Shown here: positions 1-11,870 of the stretch, in pieces
How positions within the stretch are numbered: the first letter of the stretch is position 1
Layout of the letters: each line of letters opens with the position of its first letter
Assembly (NCBI GenBank): GCA_943704425.1
Contig: CALSCP010002434.1
Span: 17,133-55,728, forward strand
Reading direction: 5' to 3'
Source: Ministeria vibrans ATCC 50519
Lineage: Eukaryota > Protista > Filasterea
DNA: 38,596 bases
Notes under the pieces: generated by a model
Databases searched by the model: none
What the model saw: only the letters and a program-made list of their open reading frames with translations
Told to the model about the DNA's origin: nothing
Position numbers and translations under genes: made by a program

Positions 1-1200
1 GCTGAGGTCACAGGGGCTTGCCTTAGTGCCGCCCTTGAGCCTCCTCCGTCAGTCGGCCTTCTTGCCCTGTCGTCCATGTGCTCTGCGGCGTCCGTGAGAA
101 GTTGATTGGCTGTCTTCCTCGCCGCCTCGTTGTCCGTCCATATGACCAGCTCCTGGGCAGGGTCACTATACCACAGTGCCATACAGATCGCCCACATCTC
201 GGGCTGGTAGCTGCTATGCGCGGGGAAAGGGAAGCGCATGGTCCAATGGGGTTGTGCCGCATATGGTTGGTCATCACCGGTATATAAACGGCGGCGCCGC
301 CTGAGGCGTCGGCTGCAACAAAGGCGCCGTCCGTCGCCACCACCAAGGGGCCATGTGGCGTTCCTTGCGCACCTACCGCTTCATCCCGTCCACTCACCTT
401 CAGGTACCCCCGCCCGCATAGCTCTTGGTGTCGTGTGGCCACTGAGGGAGTCTCCACCCTCAACGTTGCAGCTCTGGCAATCAGCCGTCCCAGCGTTGAC
501 TGCAAACACGGGGTACGACGTTGCACGCCAAGCGTCTCACACACCGTCCTGTAGTCACGCTCATGGATCGTGGCCACTGACGGTGCTCCATTTTTTTTTT
601 TTTTGGAAGTCCTAGGGCAAAAGCTTCATTGTACAACTCCATACACGTAGGACCACACCTCCCTCTTGCGCTCCGCTCGGAGAGTCGCCAAGCTCTTCAC
701 CTTCCCGGTCTGGTCCATCAGGTCACCTACCCTGCGTACTCCTAAATCGAGGAGGGCGCGACACTCCTTCCCCGTTAACACTGCTTCCCATGCGAGAGGT
801 CCGTCTTGAGCGAAGGGGGCGTCTCCATCCCAAAAGCTTGCCATCCTCAGGCCGTGTCGCTTGAGGCAGTTCACAGTGTTGCCACTGAGTGACCGTTGCC
901 CTCGGCGTGCCGCACCAGAGGTTGTCACGGTCGGCGTGATTGCCCATCCATTGTACCACCGCACAAAATGCCATCGCCGTTGTGCTAGGCGTAGAGAAAA
1001 AGCACCTGAGGCGTGCACGATCTTGTAGATATCTCTCACTGACCTCCACGGAGGACGTATAATAGGGTTAGAGTGATGGATGCCTTGGGTCTTTCCATTC
1101 AGTGGTGTTGCTATTGATACACAGTACTGCATTGTAGACTGTCCTCTGTTGACCTGTACCAATGAAAGACTAGTGATTAGGCTACTTTGCAGTTTGCACC
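1..1200 (-). mobile_element. Degenerate non-LTR retrotransposon fragment (post-RT region plus RNase H), running off the left edge
   Basis: ORFs 626..1162 and 23..577 are in the same frame, separated by a single TGA (626-628). LGVRRVGDLMDQTGKVKSLATL resembles the post-RT region of L1/Tx1-like elements. RNase H acidic motifs are VATDGA, then, after a frameshift at TATATA (~281-286), SSYQPEMWAI and VIWTDN. No introns are apparent. The upstream boundary is approximate. Confidence 0.75.
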
Positions 1201-1618
1201 TGCTCGGTACTTGAAATTGAAAGTTACAAAAAAGGAACCGATTCCATTGTCACAACGCGTTGTGGTAAACTTCATCTCTTTCTTTCTCATTTTTTGCTCT
1301 CTCACACGCACTCTCTCTTAACTCCGTACGGAGAAGTCAGTTGTTATAGTCCTTGACAGGAGCATCACTATTGCCCGCTTTTCCGTTCTTATTGGCATGA
1401 TTCTGGTACGAATCTGGTGCAACTCTTGAGCACCCCTTTCCGCCTCCTTAGTCGCATTCGCCAGCCTTTTCTGCCTATTAAATCTATTTGGATCTCGGGC
1501 TCATTGGCTCTTTATTATACTCATCGAGCACAACTCACAAATACTTGACTCCCATCAGCTATTTCGCTATTCAATCTATTTATCTAAATTATTACGACAA
1601 GTATTCTTTTTAATCACT

Positions 1619-3173
1619 ATGCTGACAACGTCTCACAATGCAGCAACACTCCACGACAAACTAGCACACATTGAAGCCAAGGTGTCAGAGGCATTCTCGT
1701 CGCCCCACACCGCACAGTGTCCGCACGAGCGAGTGCTTCGCAAACTTTTCCCTCAACTTGCCTCCGATCTGTCCAAATGGTGCCACGACGAAGCGCTGCT
1801 GCGCGACCCCGTTGCCCGGAAGCACCTTACATCCATACTATACACAATGGCCATGTCGCGCGAGCCTCGCGCCTCGTATGGATTTCGCGCGTCACTTTGG
1901 TTTCAATCGCGTCTGCGCACTCTCTGTGGCACTGCAGACGAAGCAGACGTGCTGACCAGCACCGCCGCGCTTGCCACGGGCCTACCCGAATGGGTCATTC
2001 AACACGAGGCGCCCCCACTGCGACTGGAGCGGCGGCAAGCGAAACCCGTCACAGTGTCGACTTGGCCGTCGCTTTCACTACATTCCGCGGCCAACGCTCG
2101 AAAACAAGACGACCTGAGCTGGGAAGCATGTACCCAGTCAGTCTACACGGATGTCGTTGCAGCCAACAGCGGGATGGATGTTGTTGAAGCAATTTGTCGG
2201 GACGAGTGGGACACTGACAACGGCCAAGTACACTTTTGGCTGGCACGTCCCGCTGCTTTTCGCGACCACCTTCTCTCGCTTGTGAACCTAGACGAAGACG
2301 CAGACACGTCATCATCATCATGTGGCACCATTACGACAGCTATTACTACGGTTTCACAAGCCATGTTTCACCATCCGAGTCTACACGCATTCGGCATGCA
2401 AGTGATCGATGCACTGTTGTGCGCGTCGGATGGCGACGAGCGGGTCCTCGTCTTTGCCTCCAGTCTACAAACGCAGTTTCTCGACTGTATTCACAGCTCA
2501 CGAGCACCACAGCGGTTGCATCATGTCGCGCTGGGTCTGGACGCCTTCTATCCACCCGTCTACCGCGAGCTTGTCATTGTGGTGTCGAGCAGCCCGCCGA
2601 CCTGGCCCGAGGTACTCTCGGTTGGGCAAGCGGAATATATTCTGCGCGCCATTTCGCGTGCTACAGGCGGCGCACTTGACCCGCACTCGCGCGCGTTTCT
2701 TGAACTATGGCTGTTCCTGGCTCGTTTCTCGCAGTGGCGCGAGGCCGTTGTGGCGTCGCTCGCCTTTCCCATGCATCTTGTGCGCGGCTACGTTTCGACG
2801 CAGGCGGATGTTCTCAGCGCCTTTCTCGGTGGCGACACCACGCTGACGCGCAAAGCTTTGACGCGTGCCATCAAAGTCTTGCGGGGCTCTCTCAGCACTC
2901 CCACCGACGATAGTGCTCCCGACACTATCCGACTCTATCTCACTCGCATCGGCTCTATTGTCGCTCCCCACTCCGCTGTCTACTCTGCACTCATCCTCCT
3001 GCTCAGCCATCACGCCTGTCGCCGCCCTCATTTTCGCACCGCGCTTCTTTCCACCCTTGAAGCGCATCCTATTTCGTAAGACAGAGAGGAGAAGATTTAT
3101 TTTCGTTCATTTTTTTGGTAGGGAGTTGCTTCGCGCGCGCGTCCGCCATCTCATTGACACGCAGATTGCCTGA
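1619..3173 (+). CDS. FANCC: Fanconi anemia group C-like protein (~502 aa; exons 1619-3075 and 3122-3173)
   Basis: Three blocks match recalled human FANCC in order. LFPQLASDLSKWC..HLTSILYTMAMSREP..ASLWFQ aligns with RFPTIGQLLAKAC..ILIWCLCCLINKEP..LNSWIQ. AFYPPVYRELVIVV..FLELWLFLARFSQW aligns with TYFPYTSPSLAMVL..FESWFLFIHFGGW. A 46-nt GTAAG..TAG intron yields the C-terminus SELLRARVRHLIDTQIA, compared with SEKLARELLKELRTQV. Confidence 0.7.
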
Positions 3174-3296
3174 AACCAATGCTCATTCATCATGTACAAC
3201 AATTGTTTATTATGTATAACACACGGCACTGCTTGCGACCGACGGCTCACGAGTACAATAACAATACGGCAACGACTCTTCTTGTTTGTGGCACTC

Positions 3297-3510
3297 TTCA
3301 ACTGTTCGCTGCATCAGCCACATGATATACTCTGGATCAACAACGCGTCTGTACTTGTGTGTCCGATTCTCAACTGTACGCTGCATCAGTCACATGACGT
3401 AGCAACGCGCCGCGACTTGTGTCTCATTCTCAACTGTACGCTGCATCAATCACACGACGTAGCAACGCGCTGCGACTTGTGTCTCATTCTCACGATATAC
3501 TCTGCATCAT
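3297..3510. repeat. 60-bp tandem duplication with degenerate flanking partial copies
   Basis: 3361-3420 and 3421-3480 differ at 5 positions. Partial copies lie at 3297-3325 and 3481-3492. GATATACTCTG(G/C)ATCA occurs on both sides. Confidence 0.9.
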
Positions 3511-3542
3511 TACACTGGAATACTGCATTTGCATTGCAAAAT

Positions 3543-5235
3543 TCACTTGGTGCTCAACTCGGTCTGTTCCCGGTTGCGTTGAAGGTCGTCCTCCATCGAC
3601 AGCGGGTCCTCATCAATGCCCCCTCGGCGAATCTGGTCACTGAGCTGGTGGTTGAAGTCGCGGTGCATGGCTTCGTCTGCACGCACACACAGAATCACGT
3701 CGCGCAATGTTGCATTGGGCGCAAGTCGATAGTACTGCTTGGCAATCTATGAGGAACCATACGCAAAAAAAGAATGAGCGCTCGAAAAAACAAAATTTCG
3801 AATCTTTCTTTTGAAAAAAAAGTACCTCGGGTGCAGGTCTGTTGGGAATGGCGCCCGAATCAACAGCGGCCAAATAGTCATTGTATGCGCGCAGGGCACT
3901 CTCTTCGAGATAGCCAACCATGCGATGGGCAACTTTGGGCGATGCAGTATACATCAGACCGTATCCAGTCACATACAGTGCCTGTGGGTGCGTGTACGAA
4001 GCGTGTAAGTCACCGACTGATGTTGCGTCATGCGTCTCTCGTGTTTCTCACCTGTGCGACCATGACAAATACACGCTCGTGCAGGCGAGGTTCAGTCATT
4101 TGCATCCACGTGAGCAAATGCATTCGCTCATTCTCCGCCTCTACAGAAGCAGTGAGACAAAATAAAAAAGCATGCATTTGACGCGAGACACACTTGACAA
4201 ATGTACCTTCTTGGAGAGTGTTGATCCATCCGTGATCGCGTTTCATGCTGCGCAGAGAGCGCAAGTGGCGCGAGAGCGCTGCCACATAACCAGGCACAGC
4301 CGCAACCGTCTCGAGAGTCACCGCGTGATGATCTATAGAATTAATCAGGGATCTCGACGAAATCTCGACTGCAATGCACATAACAAAGTGGGTTTGGTCT
4401 GACCGTATTTCTCGCGAAAGAAGAGATGCATGGCCTTCTCAAGGACAGCTACCAGCGAGTAAGCGACTCGATCGCCAATGGTCTTGGGCGTGTAGTGATA
4501 GGGTGTGCTAATGAGGGGGCTCTCCAGATCCTTGATGCCAATCGCAGGTGGAAACGACCGCTTTTCCTTGACGGACAGTGCCTGGTGGCGTGAGTATGCC
4601 TTTGAGATGAGCTCTTCAGCTTCAGGTGTAATCTAATGAAAACGAAAGGTAGTGCGAGGATTGTCAAGGGTCAAAACAACAGTAATAATTATTAATGAGC
4701 TACACAAATTAATAAATGGGTTGTATTCTCTAATAATTAGTGCGCGAGAGAGCGAGAGAGAGCGAGCGCACGTTGAAATCAATGTCTCCCAGACTCCACC
4801 CATATGCAGGGGTCGTCACACAAAACGGCATTCGCGGGCGACACGTGAACAAGTCTCATTTCACACAGTGCGCAAACGGATATCATCCCGTCAACCCTGA
4901 ACCCTGGGGCTGTATCCAAGCCAGACGCATCGCCGTCAAGCACACGCGACCGACAACATACATAGGCGCACCACACAGGGAGCATTCACATCCACTCGCA
5001 CGCTAGCAATCATTCACATTATCAACTGGTTGAGAGAATTGTGTCACTCGCTAAAATCTGTCTCGCACCCCATCGCGACAGCACGAGCCCCTCGCCTCAA
5101 CACCAACGCGCGTTCGGTGCGGACACTCCCACACCTTACCCAGTTGTACTTCCGGTCGTAGGCTACGACTGCAGTCCGAGAGAACGATCGAGCAAACGGA
5201 GAAATTATTTTGTGTTGAAGACTCGCACGCAGCAT
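3543..5235 (-). CDS. AOX: Mitochondrial alternative oxidase (6 exons)
   Basis: The spliced product has the di-iron motifs [25 protein letters not shown] and [13 protein letters not shown], plus [12 protein letters not shown]. The N-terminus is Arg/Ser-rich and presequence-like ([21 protein letters not shown]). Exon 1 is 5235-5140 and exon 2 starts at 4632. Confidence 0.95.
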
Positions 5236-5311
5236 GGTCGGGGGTGTTAGGATGGATCAGGGGTGGAAGAAGAGTCTAGTCCTATCAAGTCAAGATAGAA
5301 AAAAAAAAGTG

Positions 5312-5346
5312 CTGTCAGACTGACTCACTGTCAGACATCAGTCACT
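5312..5346. promoter_or_regulatory. Candidate AOX upstream element: two CTGTCAGAC direct repeats flanking TGACTCA
   Basis: The sequence ctgtcagac-tgactca-ctgtcagac-atcagtcact lies about 80-110 bp upstream of the AOX ATG. TGACTCA is the AP-1/Gcn4 consensus. Confidence 0.35.
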
Positions 5347-5513
5347 CGATGAATTATTTGAAGTGCGATAATTTGTTATACGACGAATAAAACCCGAAAT
5401 TGATCAATTTGTCCGAGGCCGACTCCTTTCTACTCCTTTCTTGCTCAGTTCTTTCCATGATCCATTCAAATACAATGGTGAGACCCGTCTGTTTATTAGT
5501 AAATAAATATTGC

Positions 5514-6420
5514 CTACTTCCACAGAGACGCCTTCTCCTTGAATTCAGCCTTGCGTTGCTTCGCCGCAGCTGCCTCGGCCTTCTTCGCCTCTTGCTCGGC
5601 CTGCACACAAAACACTCCGGTCAAATTCAAATTCAAACCACCCAGCCAGATCAGGCACATTGTGCCTCGCCTAACCTTGATCTCATCGGCAAACTTGTTG
5701 CTCTGCGCCTGTTGCGCCGCATGCGCCTCAAAGAAGCCCTTGGCACCCTTCACGCCTTCCTCGGCAACATTCACCTCCTTGGCAAGACTCTGCAGACCCC
5801 CCGACGTCAACTCACCCTTGGCAGCCTTGTGGAAGATCAGCAGGAACTCGCGAAAGCTGATCTGACCGTCACCGTCTTCGTCAACCTACAGCCCAACGAA
5901 TGCGTATGGATCAATGCGACAGGACACACACACTCGCGGGGCACCTCAGAGATCATAGCCTTGAGTCCAACGTGCGTCTGGGGATGCCCCAGCTTCTCCA
6001 TCATGCGCGTCAGCTCCGTCATGCTTGAGACGGTGCATAGGCGGTTAGTTAGTGCATTGTCTGTTAGTGCGTCTCTTGCTCCTCCTCCTCCTCCGCGTTT
6101 CTTACTCAATGTAGTTCGAATGGTCTTCGTCGTACGTCTGGAACTGCTTCTTGTAGTCCTGAATTTCTTTGCGTGAAAAGTTGGGAAATTCACTACAAGA
6201 AAAAAAAAAAGTTCAACGAAACCACAGAGACAGGATCAACGCTAGACACAGCGGCACAGCGGCACAGACACACAGGCACCAGGCGCAACACCCTCCCGGC
6301 CTCTCTCGTCCCCGGCGCGTACGTGTAGGGGTTGAACGCAGTCGATTCCACTTTGTCAACGCTCTCGCCCGCATTGATCTGCCCACGGCGCGCCAGCTTT
6401 GCTTGAAGATCGTCGTCCAT
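5514..6420 (-). CDS. EFHD2: EF-hand domain protein D (swiprosin-like), 5 exons
   Basis: Spliced product: MDDDLQAKLARR..FNPYTEFPNFSRKEI..YDEDHSNYIDMTELTRMMEKLGHPQTHVGLKAMISEVDEDGDGQISFREFLLIF..VNVAEEGVKGAKGFFEA..FKEKASLWK. This is the characteristic swiprosin signature. Confidence 0.92.
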
Positions 6421-6685
6421 ATTCAATGCTTCACAAAAGGTCGGTGGTGAATAAAAATGAATATTGAGAATGCTTTAATGCTATTCACAAGACAAAAGCA
6501 GAGCACAGAAGTTGAAGATCAACGCAAGTGAAAAAGAAAAATAACGCGTTTCTCAGGCAGGTGAATGCTCTTGTATGATGTCTCATAGCTCACTCTTATG
6601 TCAGTCTTGAGTGGATTGCATCGCCGCAGTTAGATCAGCGCATTTAGAGACGAATGAAGTTTATTTTTTGTTTCAGTTTGTTTTG

Positions 6686-9174
6686 ATGCTCCTTCTGGCG
6701 CGCCGATCACTTGTCCAGCTGCCGAGGCGCGGCAACTGGCTTGGCGGGAGCTTATGGAGACGGTCGGTGGCCCTCAGCGCGCCGCGATCGTCGCCGCTCC
6801 AAGACGCGTTTGACGCGCCCACTGCCCGCCCGCGCGTCGACGCCACGGCTGCTGCCACAGGCTACTTTGGCATTGGGCTGCTTGCGCCAGGCTCTGCTGG
6901 GCTGAAAAAAGCGTCGCAGGAGGCGCGCAGTGAGTGCGAGCGTCTTGTGCAGAAGATTGTCGCGGATGGCGAATCGCCGCGCAACATTGTGCGGCTCGAC
7001 AGCGTCTCCAACCACCTCTGCAACGTGCTCGACGTCGCCGACTTCATCCGTAACTTTGACCCCAATGCTGATGTGCGCCAGGCGGCCCACGAAGCCTGGA
7101 CCGACCTTGCAGCGTATATGGAAACACTCAATACGCAGCCGACCTTGTACTTTGCCATGCACAACAGCTCAAAGACGCTCGACAAAGAGGACGCCCGTCT
7201 GTGTCTCCGCTCATTCCTCGTCGACTTTGAACGCTCCGGGGTCCATCTGCCTGCTGATTTACGCGAACGCGTCCTCTCCCTGACCAACCGTATGCAGAAG
7301 CTCGCCTTTGAGTTCAATCGTCTCAGCGCCCTGCCATCGTCATCGTCCGCACACGATCAGCCCGACGAGCAGAGTCTAGCGCACTTTACACGCGAACGAG
7401 CAGCGTCCCTGGCGCCCGAAGTGCGTCGTGTGCTGGGCCTGGATCGTGTCAACTGGGATCGCGACGAGCAGGTCGTCCTGCCCGTTTGCGACACTGTCTA
7501 CCAGTATGTCTTGCGCTTCTCGTCCAACAGCGCACTTCGCCAGGAAGTCTACGAAGCGCACTTCCAGCAACAAGACGCGCGCGTGACTACTCTTGAAGAG
7601 CTGTTGGAGACGCGGCGGGAACTGGCACAGGCTGTCGGGTTCAAGTCGTACGCACACCGCACGCTCGACACAAACAGTATGATGGACAGTCCAGACAATG
7701 TCGACGCCTTCCTCACGCTCGTCGCCAAGCACATACACCCTCACGCCCAGCACGAATACGACCAGCTGTGCGCGCTCAAGCAGCGTCGCGAAGGGCCCTC
7801 CGCCGGGCCCGTTGCGCCCTGGGACTACTGGCACTATTTGCCGCAGGTTAAGGCTCATCGCTTCCCGTCCGACTACCGTCGCTTCCTCTCCGTCGGCACC
7901 TGCATCCAGGGCTTCTCCACCATCCTCCAGCGCGTCTTTGGCGTCCACCTGACCGTCGAGCCCACGCGACCCGGTGAGCTGTGGCACCCCGACGTCGTCA
8001 AGCTGGCCATGCGCGACGACACCCCCGCCGCCCAGGACACTCTCCTTGGCGTCGTCTACTGCGACCTTTTCTCCCGCTCCGAGTCTGGCTCCGGCTCTCC
8101 GGCCGTCCACCACACCATTCGCTGTGCAGGACGTCTTCCCGACGGCTCTTGGCAGAGCCCCGTCTCCTCCCTCTCCTGTGGCTTTGTTCGTCCAAAGAAG
8201 AGTATGACGCGAGGAGTATTTTTTGGTGTATTTTGTTTGACCCTTTGTGTGCGGTTTTTTAGATGGCGTTGCGTTTCTGACCATTGACGAACTGGAAACA
8301 CTCTTCCACGAAATGGGCCACGCAGTGCACTCACTGCTGTCGCAGGGACAGTACCACAATGTGGCGGGCACACGCGTGCTTGTTGATTTTGTAGAAGTAC
8401 CGTCCATGCTTATGGAGAACTTTGCGTGGGACCCTCGCGTGCTCTGCTCCTTTGCGCGCGACTGTAAAACTGGGTATGTAATGAGTGTGTTATAGAGACA
8501 GGGTGAAAGAAAAGAGATTATTTTTGCCCTGTGCGTGTCAACATGTCATATATAGTGTGTAATCGACTTGTTTTGTAGTGAACCGATGAGCCGTGAAATG
8601 GCCAATGAGATTGTGCGTCGTCGCCACCACTTTGCGGCCAGTCGCACAATGGAACAGGTACGCATCTATCTCTTTCACACTCACCAAATGATTCCCTTTT
8701 TCTCACTCTTTTTTCTTCTTCTTACAATGTGAGTAGGTCGCGCGAGCAGCCGTCGACCAGGTCTTTCATGGGCCCGAGTCGGTCGTCGGGCGGTCGACGG
8801 TGCTGTGCCATCGCACCATGGCACGTTTCCTGCTGGCCCCACCGTCTACTGCTGCCCCCGTCCACGTCGCCATCACTCACCTTGTCAACTATGGCGCACA
8901 CTACTACTCCTATCTATGGGCACAGGCTCTGTCTTCCTGCCTTTGGCATGAGCTCTTTGAAAATGACCCTTTTTGTCGCGAAAATGGAGAGGTAATGCCC
9001 GCACTTGGTTGTTCTTTGTTTCATCCCACTTACTCGACTCGTTAGCGTTATCGTCGATTGTTGCTGGAACACGGAGGCTCCAAAGATCCCTGGGCAATGA
9101 TCACGGCGGTGCTTGGCAAGCGTCCTGATCTCGAATATCTTGCCAAATCTCTCGCTGATCGTTTCGATGAATAA
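6686..9174 (+). CDS. MIPEP: Mitochondrial intermediate peptidase (M3A metallopeptidase), 5 exons
   Basis: Arg-rich presequence; LDSVSNHLCNVLDVADFIR; DFERSGVHL; zinc motif LFHEMGHAVHSLL; GTR..DFVEVPSMLMENF; HLVNYGAHYYSYLW; LLEHGGSKDP. Confidence 0.93.
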
Positions 9175-9284
9175 TCTCAATTTGTAAACGAAAAAAATGA
9201 ATGTAAAACATTTTTTTTTCCTTCTTGTTTCATTTTTTTTTGTGTGCAAGCTACTCTCCTCCACATCTTGAATCCGATACGATC

Positions 9285-9786
9285 ATGACGACTCCCTTGG
9301 AACAGAGCGAAGTGCGGGCTGCAGAGGAGGGCGGTGACAGCGAAACACCCGACACAGTGCTGTGTCTGGAAGGTACGCCGGCATCCAGCACCGCTTGGCC
9401 TCCCTGTGGCCCGCGTTCATTGTGACTTGCACGCCTGAACACCGGCGTGGCGCTTCTTTCTTGAATACACTTTTTGAAAAGTCAAAAAACAAAAACGAAA
9501 CGCGTTTCGTAGACGGAATGAACAAACTTCACTCGATTGCCTCTCGCTTTCTCCTTCAATTTGGTACGAATGCGCCTTTGCCTTGTTCAAACGATGCTAA
9601 CACCGTGCGGCTGTGCAGAGGCGCTGTATCGTGATGATGTTGAGCGCGCGAACGAGTAACGAGAAAAATGCCGCAAAAATGTGTTTTATTCTCTTTGGTT
9701 TTTTTTTTCTTTCCAGAGTGGGCGAATATAAAACTGTTCTTCAAGTCGTCAACAGCTCGATTGACAACCATTTTAATAAAAGTTGA
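9285..9786 (+). CDS. Hypothetical 81-aa protein, 4 exons (9285-9372, 9513-9563, 9619-9655, 9717-9786)
   Basis: Three GTA(C/A)..YAG introns (one with a GCTAAC branch point) splice in phase to 246 nt: MTTPLEQSEVRAAEEGGDSETPDTVLCLEDGMNKLHSIASRFLLQFEALYRDDVERANEVGEYKTVLQVVNSSIDNHFNKS*. Confidence 0.65.
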
Positions 9787-10090
9787 GCCGGGCTTGAGTT
9801 TTCTAGACATATTCGATGTGAATCATTAATGTTAACAAGCAAGTTCTTTTTTATCATTCATTGGAACTGTACAGCCCGTCACCCGGCAACTCTGCCAAGT
9901 GCTAAATGTGAAATGTTAAATGTCTTTTATTACACAGCCGCGAGGCATGGATCACCAATATTTCATTTCAATTTGATGCTTTAGAAATTCAAATTCCATT
10001 TGGTGAAATGACAAATCTCATTATTTTCACTTCTCAGTGATTTTCCACTTCCGGTTCTCTTTCAGCACCGTTGTCTCCAACCTTCGTGCC

Positions 10091-11819
10091 ATGCCCAAGA
10101 TCCTCCTCATCGGCTCGGGCTTTGTTGCCCCCCCGGCTGCGCGTGAGCTGCTCAAGCGACCTGAAAATGTTCTCACGGTTGGTACGCAGCCCCAAACACC
10201 CTGCGCCCCTCACGCACACTGCCCCGCACGTGTATACCGCAAGCTGCTCGATCCCCTTCCTGATTGCATTCTTTTGTGTGTTTTATTTCTCATTCTCTTT
10301 TTTTCTCTCTCTCTCTCTCTTTCTTTCTCTCTCTCTCTCTCACTGGCTCCCTCTTGCAGCAAGCCGACGTCTCGAACACGCCAAGGCCATGTGCGAGCGC
10401 ATCGGCGATGCCCGACTGACCAGCGTTGCGCTCGACGTCACCGACAGTGCCGCACTGGACGCTCTCGTTTCCGACCACGACATTGTCATCAGGTTTGCCG
10501 CCCCGCCATGGCCCCCGCGCCCGCCCTCGCACTCCCACACTCCCGCACTTTGCTCTAACACGCGCACACGTTGTTTGTTCTGCTTCCTCTAGCTTGATCC
10601 CGTACACGCAGCACGCGACGATCATTGACTCGGCGATTCGACATGACAAGAACTTTGTCAGCACGTCGTACATCAACCCGCAAATGATGGCACACGACGA
10701 GGCGGCCAAGGCCAAGGGACTGGTGGTCATGAACGAGATTGGCGTCGACCCGGGTGTCGATCATCTCTATGCCATGAAGGCCATCGACGAGGTACAAGTC
10801 CACGAGAGGAGAAGTAGAGAAAGAAGGCACACTGACTCGCTTTGTCATGGTCATTGTGTTCACGCAGGTACATGAGGCAGGCGGTAAAGTGTTGGAGTTT
10901 ACTTCCTTCTGCGGTGGTCTGCCGCATCCGGACAACGCCAACAACCCGCTGGGGTACAAGTTCAGCTGGAGTCCGCGCGGTGTGCTTCTTGCAGCCCGCA
11001 ATGACGCCAAGTGGAAGGAGCACGGTGAGACTCAAGCACTCGCTGGTGCCCAGCTCATGAGCAAGGGTCCTCGTCCCATTGAGATTCCCCCCAACTTCTC
11101 ACTTGAGGGCTATCCCAACCGCGACTCGACACCCTACGAGCAGCGCTACGGCCTCAAAGACGCGTCGCTCATTCTGCGTGGCTCACTGCGCTACAAAGTA
11201 CTCACAAGAACAACTTGCACCGTGTGCACGTAACGTTAATTTTAATTTTAATTTTGCTTTTGTTTTCCTTCTTATTCAGGGCAATCCGGCGTTTGTGCAG
11301 TCTCTGGCGGACCTGGGCTTCCTCAACGACGAGGCACGCGACTATCTGTCGGCGTCGTCGCCCCCTCTGGCGTGGCACACCGTCCTTGCCCGCATGGTGG
11401 GTGTTGCCGACGATGCAGACACTGCGTATGCATTGATTGAGAGAATCCATCAGCAGTGACATTTTTTTTTGTAGTGCCCTGACTGAAGCTGTCTGCGCCA
11501 AGGCAGGACTCAATTCAGTCGACTCGGCGGAGCGAGAGCGTATTCTTGAAGGTTACAAATGGCTTGATCTCTTTTCTGATGTGGAGGTAAACAGACACAA
11601 ATTTCAGAGACAGTCACTCACATGTAGCTAAATGGTGTGTAATTCCGTCTTAGGTGGAGGCGCGCGGAACCTTCCTGGACACTCTATGCGCGACCCTGGA
11701 GAAGAAGATGATGTATGCCGAGGGCGAGCGTGACATGGTTTTGCTGCAGCACAAGTTTGTGTGCGAGACCAAGGACGGCAAAAAGGTTCACATTCCATTT
11801 GTCCTTGTTTCACTTACTC

Positions 11820-11870
<51 letters not shown>

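Noticed and set aside
591-604. T14 run as the poly(A) tail of a retrocopy
   Set aside because: It lies internally and in frame within the retroelement coding region, with no target-site duplication evident.
626-3470. UGA=Trp or selenocysteine recoding, suggested by the in-frame TGA in the retroelement and TGA/TGG alignment in the 60-bp repeat
   Set aside because: Conserved genes contain no internal TGA and use TGG for Trp. Several (AOX, FANCC, CTR9, AAK1, SPPL2) end with TGA at the expected C-termini.
3361-3492. CRISPR-like array
   Set aside because: The copies are contiguous with no unique spacers, the context is eukaryotic, and there are no cas genes.
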